Part shown: in pieces, positions 8,269 to 17,496 of the stretch
Layout of the letters: each line of letters begins with the position of its first letter
Numbering within the stretch: the first letter of the stretch is position 1
DNA from: Methanothermobacter thermautotrophicus str. Delta H
GTDB lineage: Archaea > Methanobacteriota > Methanobacteria > Methanobacteriales > Methanothermobacteraceae
Direction of reading: 5' to 3'
Assembly: GCF_000008645.1 (NCBI RefSeq)
Contig: NC_000916.1
Coordinates: 240,001 to 272,000, forward strand
DNA: 32,000 nt
The notes under the pieces: generated by a model
The model's input: the letters and a program-made list of their open reading frames with translations, nothing else
The model's database searches: none
Told to the model about the DNA's origin: nothing
Position numbers and translations under genes: made by a program

Positions 8269-8709
8269 ATGGACAGGGACATACCACTCAAGGGACTCCT
8301 CTCAATAATCCTCAGGAGTCACAGGGTCTTCATCGGGAGGGAGCTGGGACACCTGAACCTCACAGACGCCCAGGTGGCATGCCTCCTGAGGATCCACAGG
8401 GAACCAGGGATAAAACAGGATGAACTCGCCACCTTCTTCCACGTGGACAAGGGAACCATAGCAAGGACCCTGAGGCGCCTGGAGGAGAGCGGATTCATTG
8501 AGAGAGAGCAGGACCCGGAGAACAGGCGCAGGTACATCCTGGAGGTAACCAGGAGGGGCGAGGAAATCATCCCCCTCATACTGAAGGTTGAGGAGCGCTG
8601 GGAGGACCTCCTCTTCAGAGACTTCACAGAGGATGAGAGGAAACTCTTCAGGAAGATGTGCCGGAGACTGGCAGAGGAGGCAGTCAGGATGAGGGGTGAG
8701 TGGAGGTGA
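8269..8709 (+). CDS. MarR-family winged-helix transcriptional regulator
   Basis: 146 aa. 'LTDAQVACLLRIHREPGIKQDELATFFHVDKGTIARTLRRLEESGFIEREQDPENRRRYILEVTRRGEE' is a textbook MarR wHTH. Confidence 0.9.
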   Translation: MDRDIPLKGLLSIILRSHRVFIGRELGHLNLTDAQVACLLRIHREPGIKQDELATFFHVDKGTIARTLRRLEESGFIEREQDPENRRRYILEVTRRGEEIIPLILKVEERWEDLLFRDFTEDERKLFRKMCRRLAEEAVRMRGEWR

Positions 8710-10058
8710 GCGAGGGAATCGAAATCATAAGGGGAGACCCCAGGAGGGCCCTCATCAAACTATCAGGGCCACTCATAGTTGCAATGCTCCTCACATCCAT
8801 CTACAACCTCGTGGACGCGGTATGGGTGGCAGGCCTTGGAGGCGAGGCCCTCGCAGCCATAGGATTCGTTACACCCATCTACATGATCCTCGTGGGCCTC
8901 TCCAACGGCCTAGGCGCCGGGGCAGCATCATCGGTCTCAAGGTGCCTGGGTGCCGGTGATGAGGAGGGAATGAACAACAGCGCATCCCACACAATCATCA
9001 TCACACTGGCGGTCTCAATAATCCTGACGGTGATAATCGAGATCCTCCTGAGGGACATCCTCCTCTCCCTGGGCGCCGCCGGGGCCCTGAAACCGGCAAT
9101 GGAGTACGGTAGTGTGGTCTTTGCGGGTACCCTCTTCACCCTCTTCCCCGGGGCTGCCTACGGTATACTGAGGTCTGAGGGTGATGCCAGGAGGCCCATG
9201 TATGCCATGGGTTTATCAGCTGTCCTCAACATGGTCCTGGACCCCATCCTCATCTACACGGCGGGCTGGGGGATAGCAGGGGCGGCCTGGGCCACGGTGA
9301 TATCACAGCTCCTGGTGTCGCTCCTCATAATCTACTGGTTCCTCGCAGGGAGGACCTTCACCTCCATAGGCTGGAGCCACTTCAGGGCCGACCGGGGGGT
9401 CGTCTGGTCCATCCTCTCGGTCACCATACCCGCAAGTGCCGAGTTCCTGGTCATGTCCATGGTAACAGCCCTCCTCAACTGGATACTCACATCTGTGGCC
9501 GGGACCTCGGCGGTGGCTGTATACTCCGCAGGGTGGAGGATAGTGATGCTCGCCATAGTCCCGGTGATATCGGTGGCAACAGCCCTTGTGAGCGTATCTG
9601 GCGTGGCATACGGGTCAAGGAACTTCGAAAACCTGGAGGTGGCCCACGGTTACTCAATAAGGCTGGGCCTCCTGATAGCGGGGGCCACGGCGGCCCTCAC
9701 ATTCGTCCTGGCGCCATGGATAGCCTGGATATTCTCCTACTCCCAGGCATCATCCCATCTGGCCCCGAGGATAACCGGGTTCCTGAGGGTCATATGCCTC
9801 TTCTACATCTTCCTGCCCCCGGGTATAATGTCAGGGTCCATATTCCAGGGCGCGGGGCGCGGGATGACGTCCCTCATGCTCTCGGTGATAAGGCAGGTCC
9901 TCCTGGTCGCGGTCTTCGCATACCTCCTCGCCGTGACCCTGGGCCTCGGTGAGGTTGGTGTCTGGTGGGGTGTCGTTGCAGGTGACATCGGGGGTAGCCT
10001 GGTGGCCTACCTGTGGGCCAGACTCTTCATCGGGAGGCTCCGGAGGTACGCTGCCTGA
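8700..10058 (+). CDS. MATE-family multidrug/toxin efflux transporter
   Basis: 452 aa and polytopic. The N-terminus 'LSGPLIVAMLLTSIYNLVDAVWVAGLGGEALAAIG' is typical of MATE/NorM-like proteins. The GTG start overlaps the marR stop by 10 nt. Confidence 0.85.
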   Translation: MEVSEGIEIIRGDPRRALIKLSGPLIVAMLLTSIYNLVDAVWVAGLGGEALAAIGFVTPIYMILVGLSNGLGAGAASSVSRCLGAGDEEGMNNSASHTIIITLAVSIILTVIIEILLRDILLSLGAAGALKPAMEYGSVVFAGTLFTLFPGAAYGILRSEGDARRPMYAMGLSAVLNMVLDPILIYTAGWGIAGAAWATVISQLLVSLLIIYWFLAGRTFTSIGWSHFRADRGVVWSILSVTIPASAEFLVMSMVTALLNWILTSVAGTSAVAVYSAGWRIVMLAIVPVISVATALVSVSGVAYGSRNFENLEVAHGYSIRLGLLIAGATAALTFVLAPWIAWIFSYSQASSHLAPRITGFLRVICLFYIFLPPGIMSGSIFQGAGRGMTSLMLSVIRQVLLVAVFAYLLAVTLGLGEVGVWWGVVAGDIGGSLVAYLWARLFIGRLRRYAA

Positions 10059-10206
10059 TCATCTTAAAGTTCATATGAAGATCTCAGCCACTCTCCTAAG
10101 CGGATTATAAATTAGTCTCAGAAGCCTTTTTTCTTCAACGGCAGCGTGTGAGGTTTTTATCAGCTTATGGTGAATACTTATCAATGAGTTTATAAAAAAT
10201 ATATTT

Positions 10207-10971
10207 ATGAATGATCCCCCATTGATTGAGAATTATGTTACATACTCTGAAATACGTTCTCGGGTGAATGATAATAGAATGCTGGATCTAAGACAGTATT
10301 CCTGGTTCTATCCGACTACTCTTCTTCCCCTTTTCCATTTGAAGAAAACAAAATCTTTGAGGTGTGAGTTACATCCGGGTGTGAAGCATTATTTTGAGGT
10401 TATGGAACAGGGAAATCCTGGCAAAGGAAAAACATACATTCCCTTCGTTGAACTATTACATGACAGATCCGAAAGGGATCCTCTCAAATACGTATATGAT
10501 TTGTTAGATAAAAGTTATGGTGGGAAGGATGCTTTATGCTTTTTGCTCTCCGAGTTGACCGATAATATTTATCAGCATTCAAAATTCACCTCAGCTTATA
10601 TTCTGGCGCAAAAATATCCTAAGAAAGGTTTCATTGAGATATGTTTTCTTGATGATGGTGTAAGCATACCTCAGAATTTTGAGAATCATGATTATTACTT
10701 TGAATATGACTCTGAAGCAATAATACAAGCTATAAATGGAAAATCCACTAAAGTTACTTACCCTGGAGATCCTGAAAGAGGTTATGGTCTTAATAACATA
10801 CTTAAAATATTTGTTGAGGGTGGGAAAGGCGAACTATTAGTGGTGTCTAGAAAGGGGGCTTTTTATAAATCTCAGGATGCTAAGATGTATGAGTTAGGTA
10901 ATGAGTTTCAAGGGACATTAGTCAGCCTGCGCATACATGAAGGGAAGCTTAACATATATAAATACATTTAA
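10207..10971 (+). CDS. GHKL-superfamily ATPase / putative RsbW-SpoIIAB-like kinase with an unassigned N-terminal region
   Basis: 254 aa. N box 'ELTDNIYQHS', G1 'LDDGVSIP', G2 'ERGYGLNNI'. The gene is AT-rich relative to its flanks. Confidence 0.65.
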   Translation: MNDPPLIENYVTYSEIRSRVNDNRMLDLRQYSWFYPTTLLPLFHLKKTKSLRCELHPGVKHYFEVMEQGNPGKGKTYIPFVELLHDRSERDPLKYVYDLLDKSYGGKDALCFLLSELTDNIYQHSKFTSAYILAQKYPKKGFIEICFLDDGVSIPQNFENHDYYFEYDSEAIIQAINGKSTKVTYPGDPERGYGLNNILKIFVEGGKGELLVVSRKGAFYKSQDAKMYELGNEFQGTLVSLRIHEGKLNIYKYI

Positions 10972-11088
10972 CAAAATATAAACATAGGCACTGTTAGCTG
11001 AATACCATTTGTGGCTCTCTAGAAAAGTATATATGTATGTTAATGTGGTGGTAATCATCTTACCGTGGGAAAAGGACGGGATGTGGAT

Positions 11089-11409
11089 ATGAAAAATAAA
11101 ATTGAAAAGATACGGCTGGAAAAGCACATCGGTGCACTGCTGGCTTTCAGGGATTATGTGGATGATCTTTTTGAGGAGATAAACAGACTGGATGCGAATG
11201 TAATAGAATTAGATTTCGAAGGCGTGGAATTTATGAGTCGATCCTTCGCTCACGAGTACTTGATGCGAAAATCAAAGTCAGAAAAGGATATTTATGAAAA
11301 AAATAAGTGTCCTTCAATTCAGAAGATGTTAAGTGTTGTTGAAAGGTCCTTTAAGAATCCTCGAAAAATTAGGGTGACGCCTACACCGCATCCTATTAAA
11401 ATAGCTTAA
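11089..11409 (+). CDS. STAS-like DUF4325 domain protein
   Basis: The ORF is open from GTG 11065; the first ATG is at 11089 ('MKNKIEKIRLEKH'). 'VIELDFEGVEFMSRSFAHEYL' matches the DUF4325 core signature as I remember it. Confidence 0.6.
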   Translation: MKNKIEKIRLEKHIGALLAFRDYVDDLFEEINRLDANVIELDFEGVEFMSRSFAHEYLMRKSKSEKDIYEKNKCPSIQKMLSVVERSFKNPRKIRVTPTPHPIKIA

Positions 11410-11620
11410 ATTTAGTAAAGAAATCATTTTCCTTGTGTGGGCTAACGATACTCTTGAAACTGTGTTTTCACGGACCCCTTTAAGGTTGTCTTCTGCAATA
11501 CATTTAATTGTCCATTATATTATTCAGCGTATGCTGTCTGAAACAGATTAGATGCAATTCGGTCAAAAAGCAAAATTTGACGTTAAAATGCTCTTATAAT
11601 CAAAAAAAGAATAAATGGGA

Positions 11621-14600
11621 TTATTTTATCTTTCTACGTCCACTGAGGAGGTAACCTGCACCCATGAGACCCACTATTGCAATGATGCCAATGAGGGCGT
11701 AAACTGGCATCTGTGTTGTCTCTGAAGTACCCTCTGTTGATGCTGCTACCTCATAAGCCTTTACATCACCATTTTCAGTGGGTGATGAGGATGCTGAGGT
11801 AGATTGTGAAACTCCTGCCGAACCTGAGGTTCCTGAAGATGTCGCTGCACTCATGGCATCGGATTCACCTCGTGATGAACCATCTGACACTGAATGTTCT
11901 CCATTGCCCTCGTTTGAGGGTTTATCTGTATCAGTAGCTGGAAGATTCTCTCCCCATGCGGCAGCCATTGTATGTTTGAACTTCTCAATCGCGGCACTGT
12001 TCAATGTTGAGAGGCTGACTATCCACTGATTCAGCACTATGTTGGCGCATGTATGATGGCAGCAGACAACACCATACTGATTCACCATGTTGATATACTC
12101 ATTGGCAAGGGAAGCCTTAACCTGGTCTGATGGGCTCCAGTAGCCCTTACGCACTGTTTCGATGAGCCTTGCAATAATTGAAGCCCTTGCATAGGGATTT
12201 GATTTGCTGAAGAATTCATTCAGACCCATGTCATAACTGTCCCTCACGTAGATGCTGTTCACCATATCCCATGTCGATTCAGATACCAGTTCTGGATTTG
12301 TAACCTGCCACATCCAGAGGTTCTCCACAAAGGAATCAATATACCTTGCACCGTCATAGCCGCCTTTCATCATACCCTCAATCCATCTGGGGTTGAGGTA
12401 TCTTGTCAGGAGGTCCCTTGTGAGGAACTGGCTCATCGTTTCTATCTTTGCATCACTGCGGAGGTTATTTATGTACATCTCTGGTTTTGAACCTGAAACT
12501 CTCTCCACTGCAAGGCTGAGGCCTCCGAAGTAGGCTGCTACCATTGGGTGTTCAAGGGCACCGTAGAGGTTTGAGCTCCTGCTGAACATGGCCACAGTCA
12601 CATCCATAAGGTTCTCCCTGAAGATGGAGGGAACCTTCAATCCAGTGATATTTTCACCGTAGGCCGATGAGACCCTCTCAAGGTAGAAACTGGCTAGCTG
12701 ATCACTGTTATTCCAGGTTTCACTTGCAGGTATTGCCTCCTGGAGGCCCGGTGAATAGGCGCCCGGTTCCTCAGAGAATATCCTGAGAAGGGATAATCTC
12801 CTTGCATCGGTCTCACTGAAACCTTCTCCCAGTAGTTTCAGGTAGATGGTTTCTGAGTTGTTCCTGATATGGTTGGGGGTGTCGCTGGCTCCAGCAGCGA
12901 GTTTAACTGCCCTGTCAATGAGGGTTATTATATCCATGTGAAGGTCCCTGTAGAGTCCTGAGGTAACCACTGTAATGTCGATGCGAGGCCTTGTAAGGTT
13001 TGTTATGAGTTCAACGTCCTTGACCCTGCCCTTTGAGTCCCATACAGGTTTAACACCCATGAGGTAGAGTATCTCTGCCTCCATTACTCCCTGGTGCCTC
13101 ATGGTCTCTGAGGCCCACAGGACGAATGCAACCTTTGTGGGATAGGTTCCATGTTTACTCAGGTAATCCTCAAGGAAGCTGTCAACGAGTTTCACTGCAG
13201 TTTCCCATGCAGTTCTGGTTGGAATTGTCCTTGAATCCAGTGGATATGGGTTTCTTCCTGTTGGGAGAGCATCAGGGTTCCTTATAGGGTCACCTCTGGG
13301 ACCGGGTGTTATGTATCCACCTTCAAGGGCTGTGAGTATGGCTGTTATCTCGCTGGTGCAGTTACGGATTCTCTGTGTATACTCAATGGCAAGCTGGAGG
13401 TAGCCTGTTATGGTAGCATTTAAGCTACCAGTGGTTCTGATCTGAGCCTCTTCGGGTGTGAGGTTGTTCAGCACGACCTCCCTCAGCAGACTCTCTGTAG
13501 CTGTCCCATTGATTGGGGGCAGCATCGCAATTAATAGCTGTATGAGTTCTTCGCCTTCGGGTGCTCTTCCAAGGACATGTGGTCCATAGGGTATGTAGCT
13601 TTTTCTGATATCATCAAGGTATGCTGTGACATCTGCGAGGAATTCATCGAAACTGTCGCCTGTGTAGTTGAATCCCACTGTCCGGCTCTGGTTTATGATT
13701 TTATCACGGTAAGCATTCTTCAGGGTGTCATCAACGGTTTCCATGTATAGTCTGATGTTATCATAGAGTTCGGAGAGGTTTCCGTAGAGTCCGGAGGGTA
13801 TAAGTACGGGTGTCATGAAGTTTATGATCAGCATGTTTGCCCTTCGCTTGTCAAAGATTGCGGGGGCGTCCATGGGGAGCACGTGGATTATGGGCATGTC
13901 CTGGAGTAAAACAGCGCCCCAGTCCTTGCTTGATAGGCCCTCCTGTTTTCCCGGCATCAGGGGCACGAGACTGAACACTGATAGTATGGCGTCTGCACGG
14001 TAGACCTTCCTCATCCACCAGTAGAATGCGAGCAGGTTGTGGGTCGGTGGAAGTTTCCCTGTATTGTAGAGTGTGGTGTTATCCTGCAGCCAGCCCCACA
14101 CCGGTTCAGGGGCGAGTAGGATGTTTCCGAATTCCAGTTTTGGTATGACAATGTACTTTCCGGTGCTGTTCGTATAGACCATCAGGTTTCCCAGGGGCGG
14201 GGCCCCATGCATCTGTGACCTCCCTCTGCATATCCAGAGGCAGTTCGCTGAACCAGTTGAGGTATTCATCCTCCGGTATCAGTATGACACTTCCAGATTT
14301 CACCCTGTTTTCAAGTTCACCGGGCGCCCATGTGCCCACATTGCTTCCAACTTCTGCCATGAGGTGTGCGAGTTCTGCCTCTCCGGGCAGTGTTCTGTTG
14401 CCGACGTTGTATCCCCTCTCCTGCATTGCTTTCAGTATCGCTGCTATGCTTGCCTGGGCATTGAGATAGTAGTCGATGTCTGCACCAACATTCGCCTTCC
14501 CCCCACCCTCACTGTAGTAGGTTATCACAATCTTCTTGTCATGGTTGCTGAGTTTTTTGAGGTTCATCCAAGAGATGGTCCTCTTCACTAGCCACTCTAT

Positions 14601-15707
14601 CTGGTAATCTATGGGCCTGTTGTATATGACACCCGTAAGAGGGTCGGTTTCCTTGACGCTTATGACTATGGGCTCTATTATCCCATCCATCTCTGCAAGG
14701 GATAACTGGTAGACTTCAGAGCAAGGCACGCCCTGGGTGCTGTTCTCCCAGGATGTGAGGTTCATGCTGGTTGAGAATATTCTGATACCGTTGAGAACCG
14801 TGACGTTGAGTTTCTGAAGATCCTCAACACCTCCTGTCCAGTTCTGTGAATTCAGAGTGGCACCCCTTGAGATTAACACCGCGGCATCGATGATTGCCTT
14901 TCCATTTAACATGATATATTTCATTGAATTGGCGTCCCTGTAGGTGTAGGTTGAGACTATGACGTTGACATTCTTTGACTCGAAGCTCCTTACAAGTGCA
15001 TCCAGTAGTGGACCGTCCCTTGCCATGTCCGTGTACTCTGTGCTCAGTATCCCGACGGTTGGGAAGCCTTCATGGTATCTGCCTGTCCCCCTGTACCAGT
15101 CCAGGTATTCTGTGAGATTACCGAATATCTTCGGTGCATCTGGATGGTATATGCCCCAGAGTGGGCGCTGTTCAGGTGCTGATGGGGTCACATTGAGGTT
15201 GCAGAATGACGCCGCCAGGTAGAGGATGAGGTTCTTCAGGTTCCTCTCGCTGGTATAGTTGAGGTATCTGAGGCTTTCATTGAACCGGGGGTCTGATGTG
15301 CTCACTGTCTGGAGGTTCAGGATCGGCGCGTAACTGTCTCTTGCCAAGGGTTCAACGCATATCATTATGGTTGAGCCACTGTCCCGGGCAGCTCTCAGTT
15401 TATCGCTGAGGGCCTCCCATACAGGTGAGGAAAGACCACTCCTTGTGCCGAAGATTATCACGTCGCCGCTTATATTGTAAGTGAGGTTGGTTTCTGTTCT
15501 ACCGCTCTCTGCCCGTACCTTTATGATGTTTCTAATGTCGCTGTCATTGGCCACCCGGTTTAGCAGTGCAATTTCATTGGGACTTGAGCTCACTATGAGT
15601 ATCTCTGGCATGCTCTGGTTCTGTGCTGTGCCGTTCTCTGCGAATGATGTCCCGCTTGCTGCAAATAGACAGATCACAAGTGCAGTGTATAGTATATGCT
15701 TCTTCAC
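11621..15707 (-). pseudogene. CobN/ChlH-type chelatase large-subunit homologue, secreted and C-terminally anchored, split by a single-base frameshift
   Basis: Two overlapping minus-strand ORFs. ORF 14106..15707 (533 aa) has a GTG start preceded by GGTGAG and the signal-like 'MKKHILYTALVICLFAASGTSFA'. ORF 11621..14269 (882 aa) ends in an S/T-rich linker, the anchor 'VYALIGIIAIVGLMGAGYLL' and 'SGRRKIK'. '..TDAWGPAPG' in the upstream frame continues as 'NLMVYTNSTGKYIVIPKLEFGNILLAPEP' in the +1 frame. This corresponds to the WG-x-PPG ... GN-hydrophobic-x-QP stretch of CobN/ChlH. The span is 4087 nt (3n+1), so one extra base splits the gene. It most likely lies in the GGGAAA / GGGGCCCCGCCCC runs at 14187-14210. 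Confidence 0.75.
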
Positions 15708-15765
15708 AAGCTCACCTTTTTCAGGTTTATTTTAAAATATTTCAAGTAAAACTTAAAAAAGGAGG

Positions 15766-15773
15766 TATATAAA
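15766..15773 (-). promoter_or_regulatory. TATA box (TTTATATA on the minus strand) for the CobN-like gene
   Basis: The plus strand reads 'tatataaa', giving the exact consensus on the coding strand 59 nt upstream of the GTG start. A GGTGAG ribosome-binding site sits at 15711-15716. Confidence 0.4.
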
Positions 15774-16055
15774 TCTTGTTAACAATTTTTTATTTTATAT
15801 TATTACAGGCTGTGGCCTTGCAGGTAGGCGCATCTTCCTTGTGGAATGATCCCCGTGCTGAAACATGTGGGGTGTATCTTCCTTTTTTTGGGGGTGCTGT
15901 ATCCTCTTGATTATTCATGAGCCCCTTCATATCTTCTGGATGAGAATACATGTTCTTATGGGTCGTTGTTATCCCCTGGACTAGCCCACTTCAGCTGTTT
16001 TTTTTTCTAATTCCGTGGACACAGCGCAGGAGGGATGCCTCTTTTTATTTTTTGA

Positions 16056-16277
16056 GTCCATATTCCAGGGCGCGGGGCGCGGGATGACGTCCCTCATGCT
16101 CTCGGTGATAAGGCAGGTCCTCCTGGTGGCTGTCTTCGCTTACCTCCTTGCCGTGACCCTGGGCCTCGGCGAGGCGGTGTCTGGTGGGGTGTCGTTGCAG
16201 GTGACATCGGGGGTAGCCTGGTGGCCTACTGTGGGCCAGACTCTTCATCGGGAGGCTCAGGAGGTACGCTGTCTGAT
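16056..16277 (+). pseudogene. Decayed duplicate of the last ~74 codons of the MATE gene (paralogous to 9836-10059)
   Basis: Hand alignment shows the first 73 nt identical. About 9 substitutions and two 1-nt deletions follow ('gaggttggtg' vs 'gaggcggtg'; 'cctacctgtggg' vs 'cctactgtggg'), which break the frame. The TGA is conserved at 16274-16276. There is no upstream MATE coding sequence. Confidence 0.9.
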
Positions 16278-16463
16278 ACCTCCTCATGGGCAGCTGGTGG
16301 GTTATCTTTCTGTTCCGGCTGCGGCACTGATCATCCCTACATTCTTTATTGTTTCTTCGTGGTCTCTCTGGGCGCACTGAATAACTGCTCTGAGTAGATT
16401 AATCTGAATCATTTCAGTGAGGAGACTGGAGAGGTCCAGAGTTTTAGAGATCTCAGTCATATG

Positions 16464-16620
16464 ATAGAATTGGAGAATTTATGAGTCGATCCTTCGCTCA
16501 GGAGTACCCGACGCGAAAATCAGGGATATCCATGAAAGATAAGAATCCAGAAGATCAGATGTTGTTGAAAGATCCGTTAAGAATCCTAGAGTGATGCCCA
16601 CGTTGCATAATCCCATTAAA
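16464..16620 (+). pseudogene. Decayed duplicate of the 3' two-thirds of the DUF4325 gene (paralogous to 11203-11400)
   Basis: A 26-nt identical core 'gaatttatgagtcgatccttcgctca' occurs at 16475-16500 and at 11227-11252. The flanking sequence is alignable with several indels, through to '..cattaaa'. There is no start codon and no intact frame. Confidence 0.8.
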
Positions 16621-17028
16621 TGGCCTGTTGGTTCACTCTATTTTATGTGAGGCTTCTGCCTGTGAATTCTTCGAGCCTGTCTTAAAGCACAGTAAGCCAT
16701 GAGATACTGAATGTATTTTAAGATGAGGACTGGTAAGCTCTCCCGGGCACTTGAAGACTATGCCTGTAAACTTTATCAAATCATTCTCAATATAGATTTC
16801 GGGCGCTGGCGGTTACTAGACTGGCAATAATCTCTTTATCATACATATCCAAATTTAATTCAAAAAATAAAAAATTAAACAGACTCTTTCCTGATTTTTG
16901 GCGGAAGTGAACTCCTATCAGCTTAATAAGGGATACTCTGTAGAGATTCAACAACACAGAGCATATAAATATTATAAGTTATATAATTCGTTGTAGCAGA
17001 AAAGACCGCAGGAGCAGGTGATTTTTTT

Positions 17029-17310
17029 GTGGCTATGTACAAATTAGAACTCCCCATATCAATTGAAAGAGAAGGAAACTGGTTCATTGCAATCTGCGAG
17101 CCATTTAATGTGGTCAGTCGAGGTAAAAGTGAGGAAAGTGCAGTAGAAAATCTTAAAGAGGCCCTTGAGTTATTTTTAAATGATGAGGATGTTCTGAGAC
17201 AATATTCTACCAAGATCAAGAAATTCGTGGTGCCAAAAAAGGAGCAGTATGTGAGTGTTGAAATACATGACTGGGAGGATACCGCCCCTATCAGGAGTGG
17301 AAGTCTGTAA
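17029..17310 (+). CDS. hicB: HicB-family antitoxin (UPF0150-like)
   Basis: 'MYKLELPISIEREGNWFIAICEPFNVVSRGKSEESAVENLKEALELFL' is the HicB N-terminal fold signature. ATG at 17035, GTG at 17029. The 3' end overlaps the hicA start. Confidence 0.75.
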   Translation: MAMYKLELPISIEREGNWFIAICEPFNVVSRGKSEESAVENLKEALELFLNDEDVLRQYSTKIKKFVVPKKEQYVSVEIHDWEDTAPIRSGSL

Positions 17311-17496
17311 AGCTCTCCAGAAGGATGGTTTCAAGAATGCAGGTGGAAAAGGAAGTCACAGGAAACTTAAAAAAGTAGATAAAGAGGTCCGGTTGTTATT
17401 GTCCCACTTCATGACGAAATTGCACCAAAGACTCTGAATTCTATTCTTAAACGGGCAAAGATAACACGTGAAAGATTTCTGGAGCTTCTAAAATAA
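17267..17496 (+). pseudogene. hicA: HicA-family mRNA-interferase toxin, disrupted by a 1-nt deletion
   Basis: The N-terminal frame gives 'MTGRIPPLSGVEVCKALQKDGFKNAGGKGSHRKLKKVDKEVR' and then runs into nonsense ('LLLSHFMTKLHQRL*'). Shifting frame at about 17390-17392 gives the canonical HicA C-terminus 'VVIVPLHDEIAPKTLNSILKRAKITRERFLELLK*', with stop at 17494-17496. The span is 230 nt (3n-1). Confidence 0.8.

Noticed and set aside
52-9988. Many 60-175-aa alternative-frame or antisense ORFs inside the GC-rich genes (e.g. 52-273, 699-1091, 2016-2225, 2144-2479, 2625-3008, 4704-5183, 5440-5793, 5915-6295, 7158-7685, 8319-8627, 8696-8959, 9533-9952)
   Set aside because: All are nested in longer ORFs with clear family motifs. 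They have Pro/Arg/Ser/Gly-rich compositions typical of off-frame GC-rich sequence and no recognisable domains or ribosome-binding sites.
10189-10196. TTTATAAA upstream of the GHKL gene as its TATA box
   Set aside because: Its 3' end lies only about 10 nt from ATG 10207, too close for the usual ~25-nt spacing from TATA box to transcription start. Either the promoter is further upstream (T-rich 10154-10161) or the true start codon is downstream. It is left uncalled.
14187-14193. GGGAAAC at the CobN-like frameshift point looks like a viral -1 slippery heptamer, suggesting programmed frameshifting
   Set aside because: The required shift is +1, not -1. The zero frame reads GGG AAA C rather than G GGA AAC. 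I saw no obvious downstream stimulatory structure. A simple homopolymer indel or sequencing error is more parsimonious.
11778-15735. Plus-strand ORFs within the CobN-like locus (11778-12029, 13815-14003, 14215-14469, 14364-14591, 14959-15222, 15481-15735)
   Set aside because: They are antisense to a colinear CobN-family reading frame and have no motifs. They are treated as spurious.
16015-16380. 121-aa ORF in the track that could be taken for a small membrane protein gene
   Set aside because: Its middle ('IFQGAGRGMTSLMLSVIRQVLLVAVFAYLLAVTLGLGE') is simply the duplicated MATE C-terminus. After the 1-nt deletion it reads out of frame, and its start is a chance start codon (GTG at 16015) in non-homologous DNA. 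It is better explained as a pseudogene scar.
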